DNA from: Balanoglossus misakiensis
Taxonomy: Eukaryota; Animalia; Hemichordata
NCBI GenBank assembly: GCA_040954595.2
Contig: CM082595.2
Location: 248,001-312,000, forward strand
Reading direction: 5' to 3'
DNA: 64,000 bases
Below the pieces are notes generated by a model. That model searched no databases. It saw only the letters and a program-made list of their open reading frames with translations, and was not told where the DNA came from. The stretch's first letter is position 1. The number at the start of each line of letters is the position of its first letter. Shown piece after piece: positions 1 to 14,761 of this stretch. Made by a program: the position numbers and the translations under genes.

Positions 1-3000
1 GTTTTTTTACACATTTTATATCACCCATTTTTAATATTTTACCAGTGATTAACCCTCACACTTTCGTAATCTCCTTTTGGAGAATGGAAAGTTTTTTTAC
101 ACATTTTATATTACCCATTTTTAATATTTTACCAGTGATTAACCCTCACACTTTCCTAATCTCCTTTTGGAGAATGGAAAGTTTTTTTACACATTTTATA
201 TCACCCATTATTAATATTTTACCAGTGATTAACCCTCACACTTTCCTAATCTCCTTTGGGAGAAGGGAAAGTTTATTTACACATTTTATATCACCCATTA
301 TTAATATTTTACCAATGATTAACCCTCACACTTTCCTAATCTCCTTTGGGAGAAGGGAAAGTTTTTTTACACATTTTATATCACCCATTATTAATATTTT
401 ACCAGTGATTAACCCTCACACTTTCGTAATCTCCTTTTGGAGAATGGAAAGTTTTTTTACACATTTTATATCACCCATTATTAATATTTTACCAATGATT
501 AACCCTCACACTTTCCTAATCTCCTTTGGGAGAAGGGAAAGTTTTTTTACACATTTTATATAACCCATTATTAATATTTTACCAATGATTAACCCTCAGA
601 CTTTCCTAATCTCCTTTGGGAGAAGGGAAAGTTTTTTTACACATTTTATATTACCCATTATTAATATTTTACCAATGATTAACCCTCACACTTTCCTAAT
701 CTCCTTTGGGAGAAGGGAAAGTTTTTTTACACATTTTATATAACCCATTATTAATATTTTACCAATGATTAACCCTCAGACTTTCCTAATCTCCTTTGGG
801 AGAAGGGAAAGTTTTTTTACACATTTTATATTACCCATTATTAATATTTTACCAATGATTAACCCTCACACTTTCCTAATCTCCTTTGGGAGAAGGGAAA
901 GTTTTTTTACACATTTTATATTACCCATTATTAATATTTTACCAATGATTAACCCTCACACTTTCGTAATCTCCTTTTGGAGAATGGAAAGTTTTTTTAC
1001 ACATTTTATATTACCCATTATTAATATTTTACCAGTGATTAACCCTCACACTTTCCTAATCTCCTTTGGGAGAAGGGAAAGTTTTTTTACACATTTTATA
1101 TTACCCATTATTAATATTTTACCAGTGATTAACCCTCAGACTTTCCTAATCTCCTTTGGGAGAAGGGAAAGTTTTTTTACACATTTTATATCACCCATTA
1201 TTAATATTTTACCAATGATTAACCCTCACACTTTCCTAATCTCCTTTGGGAGAAGGGAAAGTTTTTTTACACATTTTATATCACCCATTATTAATATTTT
1301 ACCAATGATTAACCCTCACACTTTCCTAATCTCCTTTGGGAGAAGGGAAAGTTTTTTTACACATTTTATATTACCCATTATTAATATTTTACCAATGATT
1401 AACCCTCACACTTTCCTAATCTCCTTTGGGAGAAGGGAAAGTTTTTTTTACACATTTTATATTACCCATTATTAATATTTTACCAATGATTAACCCTCAC
1501 ACTTTCCTAATCTCCTTTGGGAGAAGGGACAGTTTTTTTACACATTTTATATAACCCATTATTAATATTTTACCAGTGATTAACCCTTAAACTTTCCTAA
1601 TCTCCTTTGGGAGAAGGGAAAGTTTATTGACACATTTTATATTACCCATTATTAATATTTTACCAGTGATTAACCCTCACACTTTCCTAATCTCCTTTGG
1701 GAGAAGGGAAAGTTTATTGACACATTTTATAATACCCATTATTAATATTTTACCAGTGATTAACCCTCACACTTTCCTAATCTCCTTTGGGAGAAGGGAA
1801 AGTTTTTTTACACATTTTATATCACCCATTATTAATATTTTACCAGTGATTAACCCTCACACTTTCCTAATCTCCTTTGGGAGAAGGGAAAGTTTTTTTA
1901 CACATTTTATATCACCCATTATTAATATTTTACCAGTGATTAACCCTCACACTTTCCTAATCTCCTTTGGGAGAAGGGAAAGTTTTTTTACACATTTTAT
2001 ATCACCCATTATTAATATTTTACCAGTGATTAACCCTCACACTTTCCTAATCTCCTTTGGGAGAAGGGAAAGTTTTTTTACACATTTTATATCACCCATT
2101 ATTAATATTTTACCAGTGATTAACCCTCACACTTTCCTAATCTCCTTTGGGAGAAGGGAAAGTTTTTTTACACATTTTATATCACCCATTATTAATATTT
2201 TACCAATGATTAACCCTCAGACTTTCCTAATCTCCTTTGGGAGAAGGGAAAGTTTTTTTACACATTTTATATTACCCATTATTAATATTTTACCAATGAT
2301 TAACCCTCAGACTTTCCTAATCTCCTTTGGGAGAAGGGAAAGTTTTTTTACACATTTTATATCACCCATTATTAATATTTTACCAGTGATTAACCCTCAC
2401 ACTTTCCTAATCTCCTTTGGGAGAAGGGAAAGTTTTTTTACACATTTTATATCACCCATTATTAATATTTTACCAGTGATTAACCCTCACACTTTCCTAA
2501 TCTCCTTTGGGAGAAGGGAAAGTTTTTTTACACATTTTATATCACCCATTATTAATATTTTACCAGTGATTAACCCTCACACTTTCCTTATCTCCTTTGG
2601 GAGAAGGGAAAGTTTTTTTACACATTTTATATCACCCATTATTAATATTTTACCAGTGATTAACCCTCACACTTTCCTAATCTCCTTTGGGAGAAGGGAA
2701 AGTTTTTTTACACATTTTATATCACCCATTATTAATATTTTACCAGTGATTAACCCTCACACTTTCCTAATCTCCTTTGGGAGAAGGGAAAGTTTATTTA
2801 CACATTTTATATCACCCATTTTTAATATTTTACCAATGATTAACCCTCACACTTTCCTAATCTCCTTTGGGAGAAGGGAAAGTTTTTTTACACATTTTAT
2901 ATCACCCATTTTTAATATTTTACCAATGATTAACCCTCACACTTTCCTAATCTCCTTTGGGAGAAGGGAAAGTTTTTTTTACACATTTTATATCACCCAT

Positions 3001-6000
3001 TATTAATATTTTACCAATGATTAACCCTCACACTTTCCTAATCTCCTTTGGGAGAAGGGAAAGTTTTTTTTACACATTTTATATCACCCATTTTTAATAT
3101 TTTACCAATGATTAACCCTCACACTTTCCTAATCTCCTTTGGGAGAAGGGAAAGTTTTTTTTACACATTTTATATCACCCATTATTAATATTTTACCAAT
3201 GATTAACCCTCACACTTTCCTAATCTCCTTTGGGAGAAGGGAAAGTTTATTTACACATTTTATATCACCCATTATTAATATTTTACCAGTGATTAACCCT
3301 CACACTTTCCTAATCTCCTTTGGGAGAAGGGAAAGTTTATTTACACATTTTATATCACCCATTATTAATATTTTACCAGTGATTAACCCTCACACTTTCC
3401 TAATCTCCTTTGGGAGAAGGGAAAGTTTATTTACACATTTTATATCACCCATTATTAATATTTTACCAGTGATTAACCCTCACACTTTCCTAATCTCCTT
3501 TGGGAGAAGGGAAAGTTTATTTACACATTTTATATCACCCATTATTAATATTTTACCAGTGATTAACCCTCACACTTTCCTAATCTCCTTTGGGAGAAGG
3601 GAAAGTTTATTTACACATTTTATATCACCCATTATTAATATTTTACCAGTGATTAACCCTCACACTTTCCTAATCTCCTTTGGGAGAAGGGAAAGTTTAT
3701 TTACACATTTTATATCACCCATTATTAATATTTTACCAGTGATTAACCCTCACACTTTCCTAATCTCCTTTGGGAGAAGGGAAAGTTTATTTACACATTT
3801 TATATCACCCATTATTAATATTTTACCAGTGATTAACCCTCACACTTTCCTAATCTCCTTTGGGAGAAGGGAAAGTTTATTTACACATTTTATATCACCC
3901 ATTATTAATATTTTACCAGTGATTAACCCTCACACTTTCCTAATCTCCTTTGGGAGAAGGGAAAGTTTTTTTACACATTTTATATCACCCATTATTAATA
4001 TTTTACCAGTGATTAACCCTCACACTTTCCTAATCTCCTTTGGGAGAAGGGAAAGTTTATTTACACATTTTATATCACCCATTATTAATATTTTACCAGT
4101 GATTAACCCTCACACTTTCCTAATCTCCTTTGGGAGAAGGGAAAGTTTATTTACACATTTTATATCACCCATTATTAATATTTTACCAGTGATTAACCCT
4201 CACACTTTCCTAATCTCCTTTGGGAGAAGGGAAAGTTTATTTACACATTTTATATCACCCATTATTAATATTTTACCAGTGATTAACCCTCACACTTTCC
4301 TAATCTCCTTTGGGAGAAGGGAAAGTTTATTTACACATTTTATATCACCCATTATTAATATTTTACCAGTGATTAACCCTCACACTTTCCTAATCTCCTT
4401 TGGGAGAAGGGAAAGTTTTTTTACACATTTTATATCACCCATTATTAATATTTTACCAGTGATTAACCCTCACACTTTCCTAATCTCCTTTGGGAGAAGG
4501 GAAAGTTTATTTACACATTTTATATCACCCATTATTAATATTTTACCAGTGATTAACCCTCACACTTTCCTAATCTCCTTTGGGAGAAGGGAAAGTTTTT
4601 TTACACATTTTATATCACCCATTATTAATATTTTACCAGTGATTAACCCTCACACTTTCCTAATCTCCTTTGGGAGAAGGGAAAGTTTTTTTACACATTT
4701 TATATCACCCATTATTAATATTTTACCAGTGATTAACCCTCACACTTTCCTAATCTCCTTTGGGAGAAGGGAAAGTTTTTTTACACATTTTATATCACCC
4801 ATTTTTAATATTTTACCAATGATTAACCCTCACACTTTCCTAATCTCCTTTGGGAGAAGGGAAAGTTTTTTTACACATTTTATATCACCCATTTTTAATA
4901 TTTTACCAATGATTAACCCTCACACTTTCCTAATCTCCTTTGGGAGAAGGGAAAGTTTTTTTTACACATTTTATATCACCCATTATTAATATTTTACCAA
5001 TGATTAACCCTCACACTTTCCTAATCTCCTTTGGGAGAAGGGAAAGTTTTTTTTACACATTTTATATCACCCATTTTTAATATTTTACCAATGATTAACC
5101 CTCACACTTTCCTAATCTCCTTTGGGAGAAGGGAAAGTTTTTTTTACACATTTTATATCACCCATTTTTAATATTTTACCAGTGATTAACCCTCACACTT
5201 TCCTAATCTCCTTTGGGAGAAGGGAAAGTTTTTTTACACATTTTATATCACCCATTATTAATATTTTACCAGTGATTAACCCTCACACTTTCCTAATCTC
5301 CTTTGGGAGAAGGGAAAGTTTTTTTTACACATTTTATATCACCCATTATTAATATTTTACCAGTGATTAACCCTCACACTTTCCTAATCTCCTTTGGGAG
5401 AAGGGAAAGTTTTTTTACACATTTTATATCACCCATTATTAATATTTTACCAGTGATTAACCCTCACACTTTCCTAATCTCCTTTGGGAGAAGGGAAAGT
5501 TTTTTACACATTTTATATCACCCATTATTAATATTTTACCAGTGATTAACCCTCACACTTTCCTAATCTCCTTTGGGAGAAGGGAAAGTTTTTTTACACA
5601 TTTTATATCACCCATTATTAATATTTTACCAGTGATTAACCCTCACACTTTCCTAATCTCCTTTGGGAGAAGGGAAAGTTTTTTTACACATTTTATATCA
5701 CCCATTATTAATATTTTACCAGTGATTAACCCTCACACTTTCCTAATCTCCTTTGGGAGAAGGGAAAGTTTTTTTACACATTTTATATCACCCATTATTA
5801 ATATTTTACCAGTGATTAACCCTCACACTTTCCTTATCTCCTTTGGGAGAAGGGAAAGTTTTTTTACACATTTTATATCACCCATTATTAATATTTTACC
5901 AGTGATTAACCCTCACACTTTCCTAATCTCCTTTGGGAGAAGGGAAAGTTTTTTTACACATTTTATATCACCCATTATTAATATTTTACCAGTGATTAAC

Positions 6001-9000
6001 CCTCACACTTTCCTAATCTCCTTTGGGAGAAGGGAAAGTTTTTTTACACATTTTATATCACCCATTTTTAATATTTTACCAATGATTAACCCTCACACTT
6101 TCCTAATCTCCTTTGGGAGAAGGGAAAGTTTTTTTACACATTTTATATCACCCATTTTTAATATTTTACCAATGATTAACCCTCACACTTTCCTAATCTC
6201 CTTTGGGAGAAGGGAAAGTTTTTTTACACATTTTATATCACCCATTTTTAATATTTTACCAATGATTAACCCTCACACTTTCCTAATCTCCTTTGGGAGA
6301 AGGGAAAGTTTTTTTACACATTTTATATCACCCATTTTTAATATTTTACCAATGATTAACCCTCACACTTTCCTAATCTCCTTTGGGAGAAGGGAAAGTT
6401 TTTTTTACACATTTTATATCACCCATTTTTAATATTTTACCAATGATTAACCCTCACACTTTCCTAATCTCCTTTGGGAGAAGGGAAAGTTTTTTTTACA
6501 CATTTTATATCACCCATTTTTAATATTTTACCAATGATTAACCCTCACACTTTCCTAATCTCCTTTGGGAGAAGGGAAAGTTTTTTTTACACATTTTATA
6601 TCACCCATTATTAATATTTTACCAGTGATTAACCCTCACACTTTCCTAATCTCCTTTGGGAGAAGGGAAAGTTTATTTACACATTTTATATCACCCATTA
6701 TTAATATTTTACCAGTGATTAACCCTCACACTTTCCTAATCTCCTTTGGGAGAAGGGAAAGTTTATTTACACATTTTATATCACCCATTATTAATATTTT
6801 ACCAGTGATTAACCCTCACACTTTCCTAATCTCCTTTGGGAGAAGGGAAAGTTTATTTACACATTTTATATCACCCATTATTAATATTTTACCAGTGATT
6901 AACCCTCACACTTTCCTAATCTCCTTTGGGAGAAGGGAAAGTTTATTTACACATTTTATATCACCCATTATTAATATTTTACCAGTGATTAACCCTCACA
7001 CTTTCCTAATCTCCTTTGGGAGAAGGGAAAGTTTATTTACACATTTTATATCACCCATTATTAATATTTTACCAGTGATTAACCCTCACACTTTCCTAAT
7101 CTCCTTTGGGAGAAGGGAAAGTTTATTTACACATTTTATATCACCCATTATTAATATTTTACCAGTGATTAACCCTCACACTTTCCTAATCTCCTTTGGG
7201 AGAAGGGAAAGTTTATTTACACATTTTATATCACCCATTATTAATATTTTACCAGTGATTAACCCTCACACTTTCCTAATCTCCTTTGGGAGAAGGGAAA
7301 GTTTATTTACACATTTTATATCACCCATTATTAATATTTTACCAGTGATTAACCCTCACACTTTCCTAATCTCCTTTGGGAGAAGGGAAAGTTTTTTTTA
7401 CACATTTTATATCACCCATTATTAATATTTTACCAGTGATTAACCCTCACACTTTCCTAATCTCCTTTGGGAGAAGGGAAAGTTTATTTACACATTTTAT
7501 ATCACCCATTATTAATATTTTACCAGTGATTAACCCTCACACTTTCCTAATCTCCTTTGGGAGAAGGGAAAGTTTATTTACACATTTTATATCACCCATT
7601 ATTAATATTTTACCAGTGATTAACCCTCACACTTTCCTAATCTCCTTTGGGAGAAGGGAAAGTTTTTTTACACATTTTATATCACCCATTATTAATATTT
7701 TACCAGTGATTAACCCTCACACTTTCCTAATCTCCTTTGGGAGAAGGGAAAGTTTTTTTACACATTTTATATCACCCATTATTAATATTTTACCAGTGAT
7801 TAACCCTCACACTTTCCTAATCTCCTTTGGGAGAAGGGAAAGTTTTTTTACACATTTTATATCACCCATTATTAATATTTTACCAGTGATTAACCCTCAC
7901 ACTTTCCTAATCTCCTTTGGGAGAAGGGAAAGTTTTTTTACACATTTTATATCACCCATTTTTAATATTTTACCAATGATTAACCCTCACACTTTCCTAA
8001 TCTCCTTTGGGAGAAGGGAAAGTTTTTTTACACATTTTATATCACCCATTTTTAATATTTTACCAATGATTAACCCTCACACTTTCCTAATCTCCTTTGG
8101 GAGAAGGGAAAGTTTTTTTACACATTTTATATCACCCATTTTTAATATTTTACCAATGATTAACCCTCACACTTTCCTAATCTCCTTTGGGAGAAGGGAA
8201 AGTTTTTTTTACACATTTTATATCACCCATTATTAATATTTTACCAATGATTAACCCTCACACTTTCCTAATCTCCTTTGGGAGAAGGGAAAGTTTTTTT
8301 TACACATTTTATATCACCCATTTTTAATATTTTACCAATGATTAACCCTCACACTTTCCTAATCTCCTTTGGGAGAAGGGAAAGTTTTTTTTACACATTT
8401 TATATCACCCATTTTTAATATTTTACCAATGATTAACCCTCACACTTTCCTAATCTCCTTTGGGAGAAGGGAAAGTTTTTTTACACATTTTATATCACCC
8501 ATTATTAATATTTTACCAGTGATTAACCCTCACACTTTCCTAATCTCCTTTGGGAGAAGGGAAAGTTTTTTTTACACATTTTATATCACCCATTATTAAT
8601 ATTTTACCAGTGATTAACCCTCACACTTTCCTAATCTCCTTTGGGAGAAGGGAAAGTTTTTTTTACACATTTTATATCACCCATTATTAATATTTTACCA
8701 GTGATTAACCCTCACACTTTCCTAATCTCCTTTGGGAGAAGGGAAAGTTTATTTACACATTTTATATCACCCATTATTAATATTTTACCAGTGATTAACC
8801 CTCACACTTTCCTAATCTCCTTTGGGAGAAGGGAAAGTTTATTTACACATTTTATATCACCCATTATTAATATTTTACCAGTGATTAACCCTCACACTTT
8901 CCTAATCTCCTTTGGGAGAAGGGAAAGTTTATTTACACATTTTATATCACCCATTATTAATATTTTACCAGTGATTAACCCTCACACTTTCCTAATCTCC

Positions 9001-12000
9001 TTTGGGAGAAGGGAAAGTTTATTTACACATTTTATATCACCCATTATTAATATTTTACCAGTGATTAACCCTCACACTTTCCTAATCTCCTTTGGGAGAA
9101 GGGAAAGTTTTTTTTACACATTTTATATCACCCATTATTAATATTTTACCAATGATTAACCCTCACACTTTCCTAATCTCCTTTGGGAGAAGGGAAAGTT
9201 TATTTACACATTTTATATCACCCATTATTAATATTTTACCAGTGATTAACCCTCACACTTTCCTAATCTCCTTTGGGAGAAGGGAAAGTTTTTTTACACA
9301 TTTTATATCACCCATTATTAATATTTTACCAGTGATTAACCCTCACACTTTCCTAATCTCCTTTGGGAGAAGGGAAAGTTTTTTTACACATTTTATATCA
9401 CCCATTATTAATATTTTACCAGTGATTAACCCTCACACTTTCCTAATCTCCTTTGGGAGAAGGGAAAGTTTATTTACACATTTTATATCACCCATTATTA
9501 ATATTTTACCAGTGATTAACCCTCACACTTTCCTAATCTCCTTTGGGAGAAGGGAAAGTTTTTTTACACATTTTATATCACCCATTATTAATATTTTACC
9601 AGTGATTAACCCTCACACTTTCCTAATCTCCTTTGGGAGAAGGGAAAGTTTTTTTACACATTTTATATCACCCATTATTAATATTTTACCAGTGATTAAC
9701 CCTCACACTTTCCTAATCTCCTTTGGGAGAAGGGAAAGTTTATTTACACATTTTATATCACCCATTATTAATATTTTACCAGTGATTAACCCTCACACTT
9801 TCCTAATCTCCTTTGGGAGAAGGGAAAGTTTTTTTACACATTTTATATCACCCATTTTTAATATTTTACCAATGATTAACCCTCACACTTTCCTAATCTC
9901 CTTTGGGAGAAGGGAAAGTTTTTTTACACATTTTATATCACCCATTTTTAATATTTTACCAATGATTAACCCTCACACTTTCCTAATCTCCTTTGGGAGA
10001 AGGGAAAGTTTTTTTACACATTTTATATCACCCATTTTTAATATTTTACCAATGATTAACCCTCACACTTTCCTAATCTCCTTTGGGAGAAGGGAAAGTT
10101 TTTTTACACATTTTATATCACCCATTTTTAATATTTTACCAATGATTAACCCTCACACTTTCCTAATCTCCTTTGGGAGAAGGGAAAGTTTTTTTACACA
10201 TTTTATATCACCCATTTTTAATATTTTACCAATGATTAACCCTCACACTTTCCTAATCTCCTTTGGGAGAAGGGAAAGTTTTTTTACACATTTTATATCA
10301 CCCATTTTTAATATTTTACCAATGATTAACCCTCACACTTTCCTAATCTCCTTTGGGAGAAGGGAAAGTTTTTTTTACACATTTTATATCACCCATTATT
10401 AATATTTTACCAATGATTAACCCTCACACTTTCCTAATCTCCTTTGGGAGAAGGGAAAGTTTTTTTTACACATTTTATATCACCCATTTTTAATATTTTA
10501 CCAATGATTAACCCTCACACTTTCCTAATCTCCTTTGGGAGAAGGGAAAGTTTTTTTACACATTTTATATCACCCATTTTTAATATTTTACCAATGATTA
10601 ACCCTCACACTTTCCTAATCTCCTTTGGGAGAAGGGAAAGTTTTTTTACACATTTTATATCACCCATTATTAATATTTTACCAATGATTAACCCTCACAC
10701 TTTCCTAATCTCCTTTGGGAGAAGGGAAAGTTTATTTACACATTTTATATCACCCATTATTAATATTTTACCAATGATTAACCCTCACACTTTCCTAATC
10801 TCCTTTGGGAGAAGGGAAAGTTTTTTTACACATTTTATATCACCCATTTTTAATATTTTACCAATGATTAACCCTCACACTTTCCTAATCTCCTTTGGGA
10901 GAAGGGAAAGTTTTTTTACACATTTTATATCACCCATTTTTAATAATTTACCAATGATTAACCCTCACACTTTCCTAATCTCCTTTGGGAGAAGGGAAAG
11001 TTTTTTTACACATTTTATATCACCCATTATTAATATTTTACCAATGATTAACCCTCACACTTTCCTAATCTCCTTTGGGAGAAGGGAAAGTTTTTTTACA
11101 CATTTTATATCACCCATTATTAATATTTTACCAATGATTAACCCTCACACTTTCCTAATCTCCTTTGGGAGAAGGCAAAGTTTATTTACACATTTTATAT
11201 TACCCATTATTAATATTTTACCAATGATTAACCCTCACACTTTCCTAATCTCCTTTGGGAGAAGGCAAAGTTTATTTACACATTTTATATTACCCATTAT
11301 TAATATTTTACCAATGATTAACCCTCACACTTTCCTAATCTCCTTTGGGAGAAGGCAAAGTTTATTTACACATTTTATATTACCCATTATTAATATTTTA
11401 CCAATGATTAACCCTCACACTTTCCAAATCTCCTTTGGGAGAAGGCAAAGTTTATTTACACATTTTATATTACCCATTATTAATTTTTTACCAATGATTA
11501 ACCCTCAAACTTTCCTAATCTCCTTTGGGAGAAGGCAAAGTTTATTTACACATTTTATATTACCCATTATTAATTTTTTACCAATGATTAACCCTCACAC
11601 TTTCCTAATCTCCTTTGGGAGAAGGGAAAGTTTTTTTACACATTTTATATTACCCATTATTAATTTTTTACCAATGATTAACCCTCACACTTTCCTCATC
11701 TCCTTTGGGAGAAGGGAAAGTTAATTTACACATTTTATATTACCCATTTTTAATATTTTACCAATGATTAACCCTCACACTTTCCTAATCTCCTTTGGGA
11801 GAAGGGAAAGTTTATTTACACATTTTATATTACCCATTATTAATTTTTTACCAATGATTAACCCTCACACTTTCCTAATCTCCTTTGGGAGAAGGGAAAG
11901 TTTTTTTACACATTTTATATTACCCATTATTAATATTTTACCAATGATTAACCCTCACACTTTCCTAATCTCCTTTGGGAGAAGGGAAAGTTTATTTACA

Positions 12001-14761
12001 CATTTTATATTACCCATTTTTAATATTTTACCAATGATTAACCCTCACACTTTCCTAATCTCCTTTGGGAGAAGGGAAAGTTTATTTACACATTTTATAT
12101 TACCCATTTTTAATATTTTACCAATGATTAACCCTCACACTTTCCTAATCTCCTTTGGGAGAAGGGAAAGTTTTTTTACACATTTTATATTACCCATTTT
12201 TAATATTTTACCAATGATTAACCCTCACACTTTCCTAATCTCCTTTGGGAGAAGGGAAAGTTTTTTTACACATTTTATATTACCCATTATTAATATTTTA
12301 CCAATGATTAACCCTCACACTTTCCTAATCTCCTTTGGGAGAAGGGAAAGTTTATTTACACATTTTATATAACCCATTTTTAATATTTTACCAATGATTA
12401 ACCCTCACACTTTCCTAATCTCCTTTGGGAGAAGGGAAAGTTTTTTTACACATTTTGTGTTACCCATCTCCTTTGGGAGAAGGGAAAGTTTTTTTACACA
12501 TTTTGTATTACCCATTATTAATATTTTACCAATGATTAACCCTCACACTTTCCTAATCTCCTTTGGGAGAAGGGAAAGTTTTTTTACACATTTTATATTA
12601 CCCATTTTCAATAATTTACCCAATCTTAACCCAACACACTTTCCTAATCTCCTTTGGGAGAAGGGAAAGTTTATTTACACATTTTATATTACCCATTTTT
12701 AATATTTTACCAATGATTAACCCTCACACTTTCCTAATCTCCTTTGGGAGAAGGGAAAGTTTTTTTACACATTTTATATTACCCATTATTAATATTTTAC
12801 CAATGATTAACCCTCACACTTTCCTAATCTCCTTTGGGAGAAGGGAAAGTTTATTTACACATTTTATATAACCCATTTTTAATATTTTACCAATGATTAA
12901 CCCTCACACTTTCCTAATCTCCTTTGGGAGAAGGGAAAGTTTTTTTACACATTTTGTATTACCCATTATTAATATTTTACCAATGATTAACCCTCACACT
13001 TTCCTTATCTCCTTTGGGAGAAGGGAAAGTTTTTTTACACATTTTGTATTACCCATTATTAATATTTTACCAATGATTAACCCTCACACTTTCCTAATCT
13101 CCTTTGGGAGAAGGGAAAGTTTATTTACACATTTTATATTACCCATTATTAATATTTTACCAATGATTAACCCTTAAACTTTCCTAATCTCCTTTGGGAG
13201 AAGGGAAAGTTTATTTACACATTTTATATTACCCATTATTAATTTTTTACCAATGATTAACCCTCACACTTTCCTAATCTCCTTTGGGAGAAGGGAAAGT
13301 TTATTTACACATTTTATATTACCCATTATTAATTTTTTACCAATGATTAACCCTCACACTTTCCTAATCTCCTTTGGGAGAAGGGAAAGTTTTTTTACAC
13401 ATTTTATATTACCCATTATTAATATTTTACCAATGATTAACCCTCACACTTTCCTAATCTCCTTTGGGAGAAGGGAAAGTTTTTTTACACATTTTATATT
13501 ACCCATTATTAATATTTTACCAATGATTAACCCTCACACTTTCCTAATCTCCTTTGGGAGAAGGGAAAGTTTTTTTACACATTTTATATTACCCATTATT
13601 AATATTTTACCAATGATTAACCCTCACACTTTCCTAATCTCCTTTGGGAGAAGGGAAAGTTTTTTTACACATTTTATATTACCCATTATTAATATTTTAC
13701 CAATGATTAACCCTCACACTTTCCTAATCTCCTTTGGGAGAAGGGAAAGTTTTTTTTACACATTTTATATTACCCATTATTAATATTTTACCAATGATTA
13801 ACCCTCACACTTTCCTAATCTCCTTTGGGAGAAGGGAAAGTTTATTTACACATTTTATATAACCCATTTTCAATAATTTACCCATTCTTAACCCAACACA
13901 CTTTCCTAATCTCCTTTGGGAGAAGGGAAAGTTTATTTACACATTTTATATTACCCATTATTAATATTTTACCGATGATTAACCCTTAAACTTTCCTAAT
14001 CTCCTTTGGGAGAAGGGAAAGTTTATTTACACATTTTATATTACCCATTATTAATTTTTTACCAATGATTAACCCTCACACTTTCCTAATCTCCTTTGGG
14101 AGAAGGGAAAGTTTTTTTACACATTTTATATTACCCATTATTAATATTTTACCAATGATTAACCCTCACACTTTCCTAATCTCCTTTGGGAGAAGGGAAA
14201 GTTTTTTTACACATTTTATATTACCCATTATTAATATTTTACCAATGATTAACCCTCACACTTTCCTAATCTCCTTTTTGAGAAGGGAAAGTTTTTTTAC
14301 ACATTTTATATTACCCATTATTAATATTTTACCAATGATTAACCCTCACACTTTCCTAATCTCCTTTGGGAGAAGGGAAAGTTTTTTTACACATTTTATA
14401 TTACCCATTATTAATATTTTACCAATGATTAACCCTCACACTTTCCTAATCTCCTTTGGGAGAAGGGAAAGTTTTTTTACACATTTTATATTACCCATTA
14501 TTAATATTTTACCAATGATTAACCCTCACACTTTCCTAATCTCCTTTGGGAGAAGGGAAAGTTTTTTTACACATTTTATATTACCCATTATTAATATTTT
14601 ACCAATGATTAACCCTCACACTTTCCTAATCTCCTTTGGGAGAAGGGAAAGTTTATTTACACATTTTATATAACCCATTTTCAATAATTTACCCATTCTT
14701 AACCCAACACACTTTCCTAATCTCCTTTGGGAGAAGGGAAAGTTTATTTACACATTTTATA
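1..14761. repeat. 90-bp tandem satellite array, about 164 copies, open at the left window edge
   Basis: Monomer GTTTTTTTACACATTTTATATCACCCATTATTAATATTTTACCAGTGATTAACCCTCACACTTTCCTAATCTCCTTTGGGAGAAGGGAAA repeats head-to-tail with few substitutions and +/-1 T in the T-run. One monomer near 12450-12470 has a deletion of about 41 bp. The array ends abruptly at about 14761. Confidence 0.99.

Noticed and set aside
48-59. ATTAACCCTCAC match to the T3 phage promoter, and TAACCC telomere-like hexamer, in the monomer
   Set aside because: Only a 12-bp partial match without the TAAAGGG part, and a single hexamer per monomer; consistent with chance.
45-14673. Long + strand ORFs of repeated INPHTFLISFGRRESFFTHFISPIINILP
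   Set aside because: The 90-bp monomer is a multiple of three and happens to lack stops in one frame. Frequent frameshifting T indels, in-frame TAA variants and mostly non-synonymous variation argue against coding function.
1-14761. CRISPR-like array (hairpin-containing repeat)
   Set aside because: No unique spacers, no cas genes, and a eukaryotic context.
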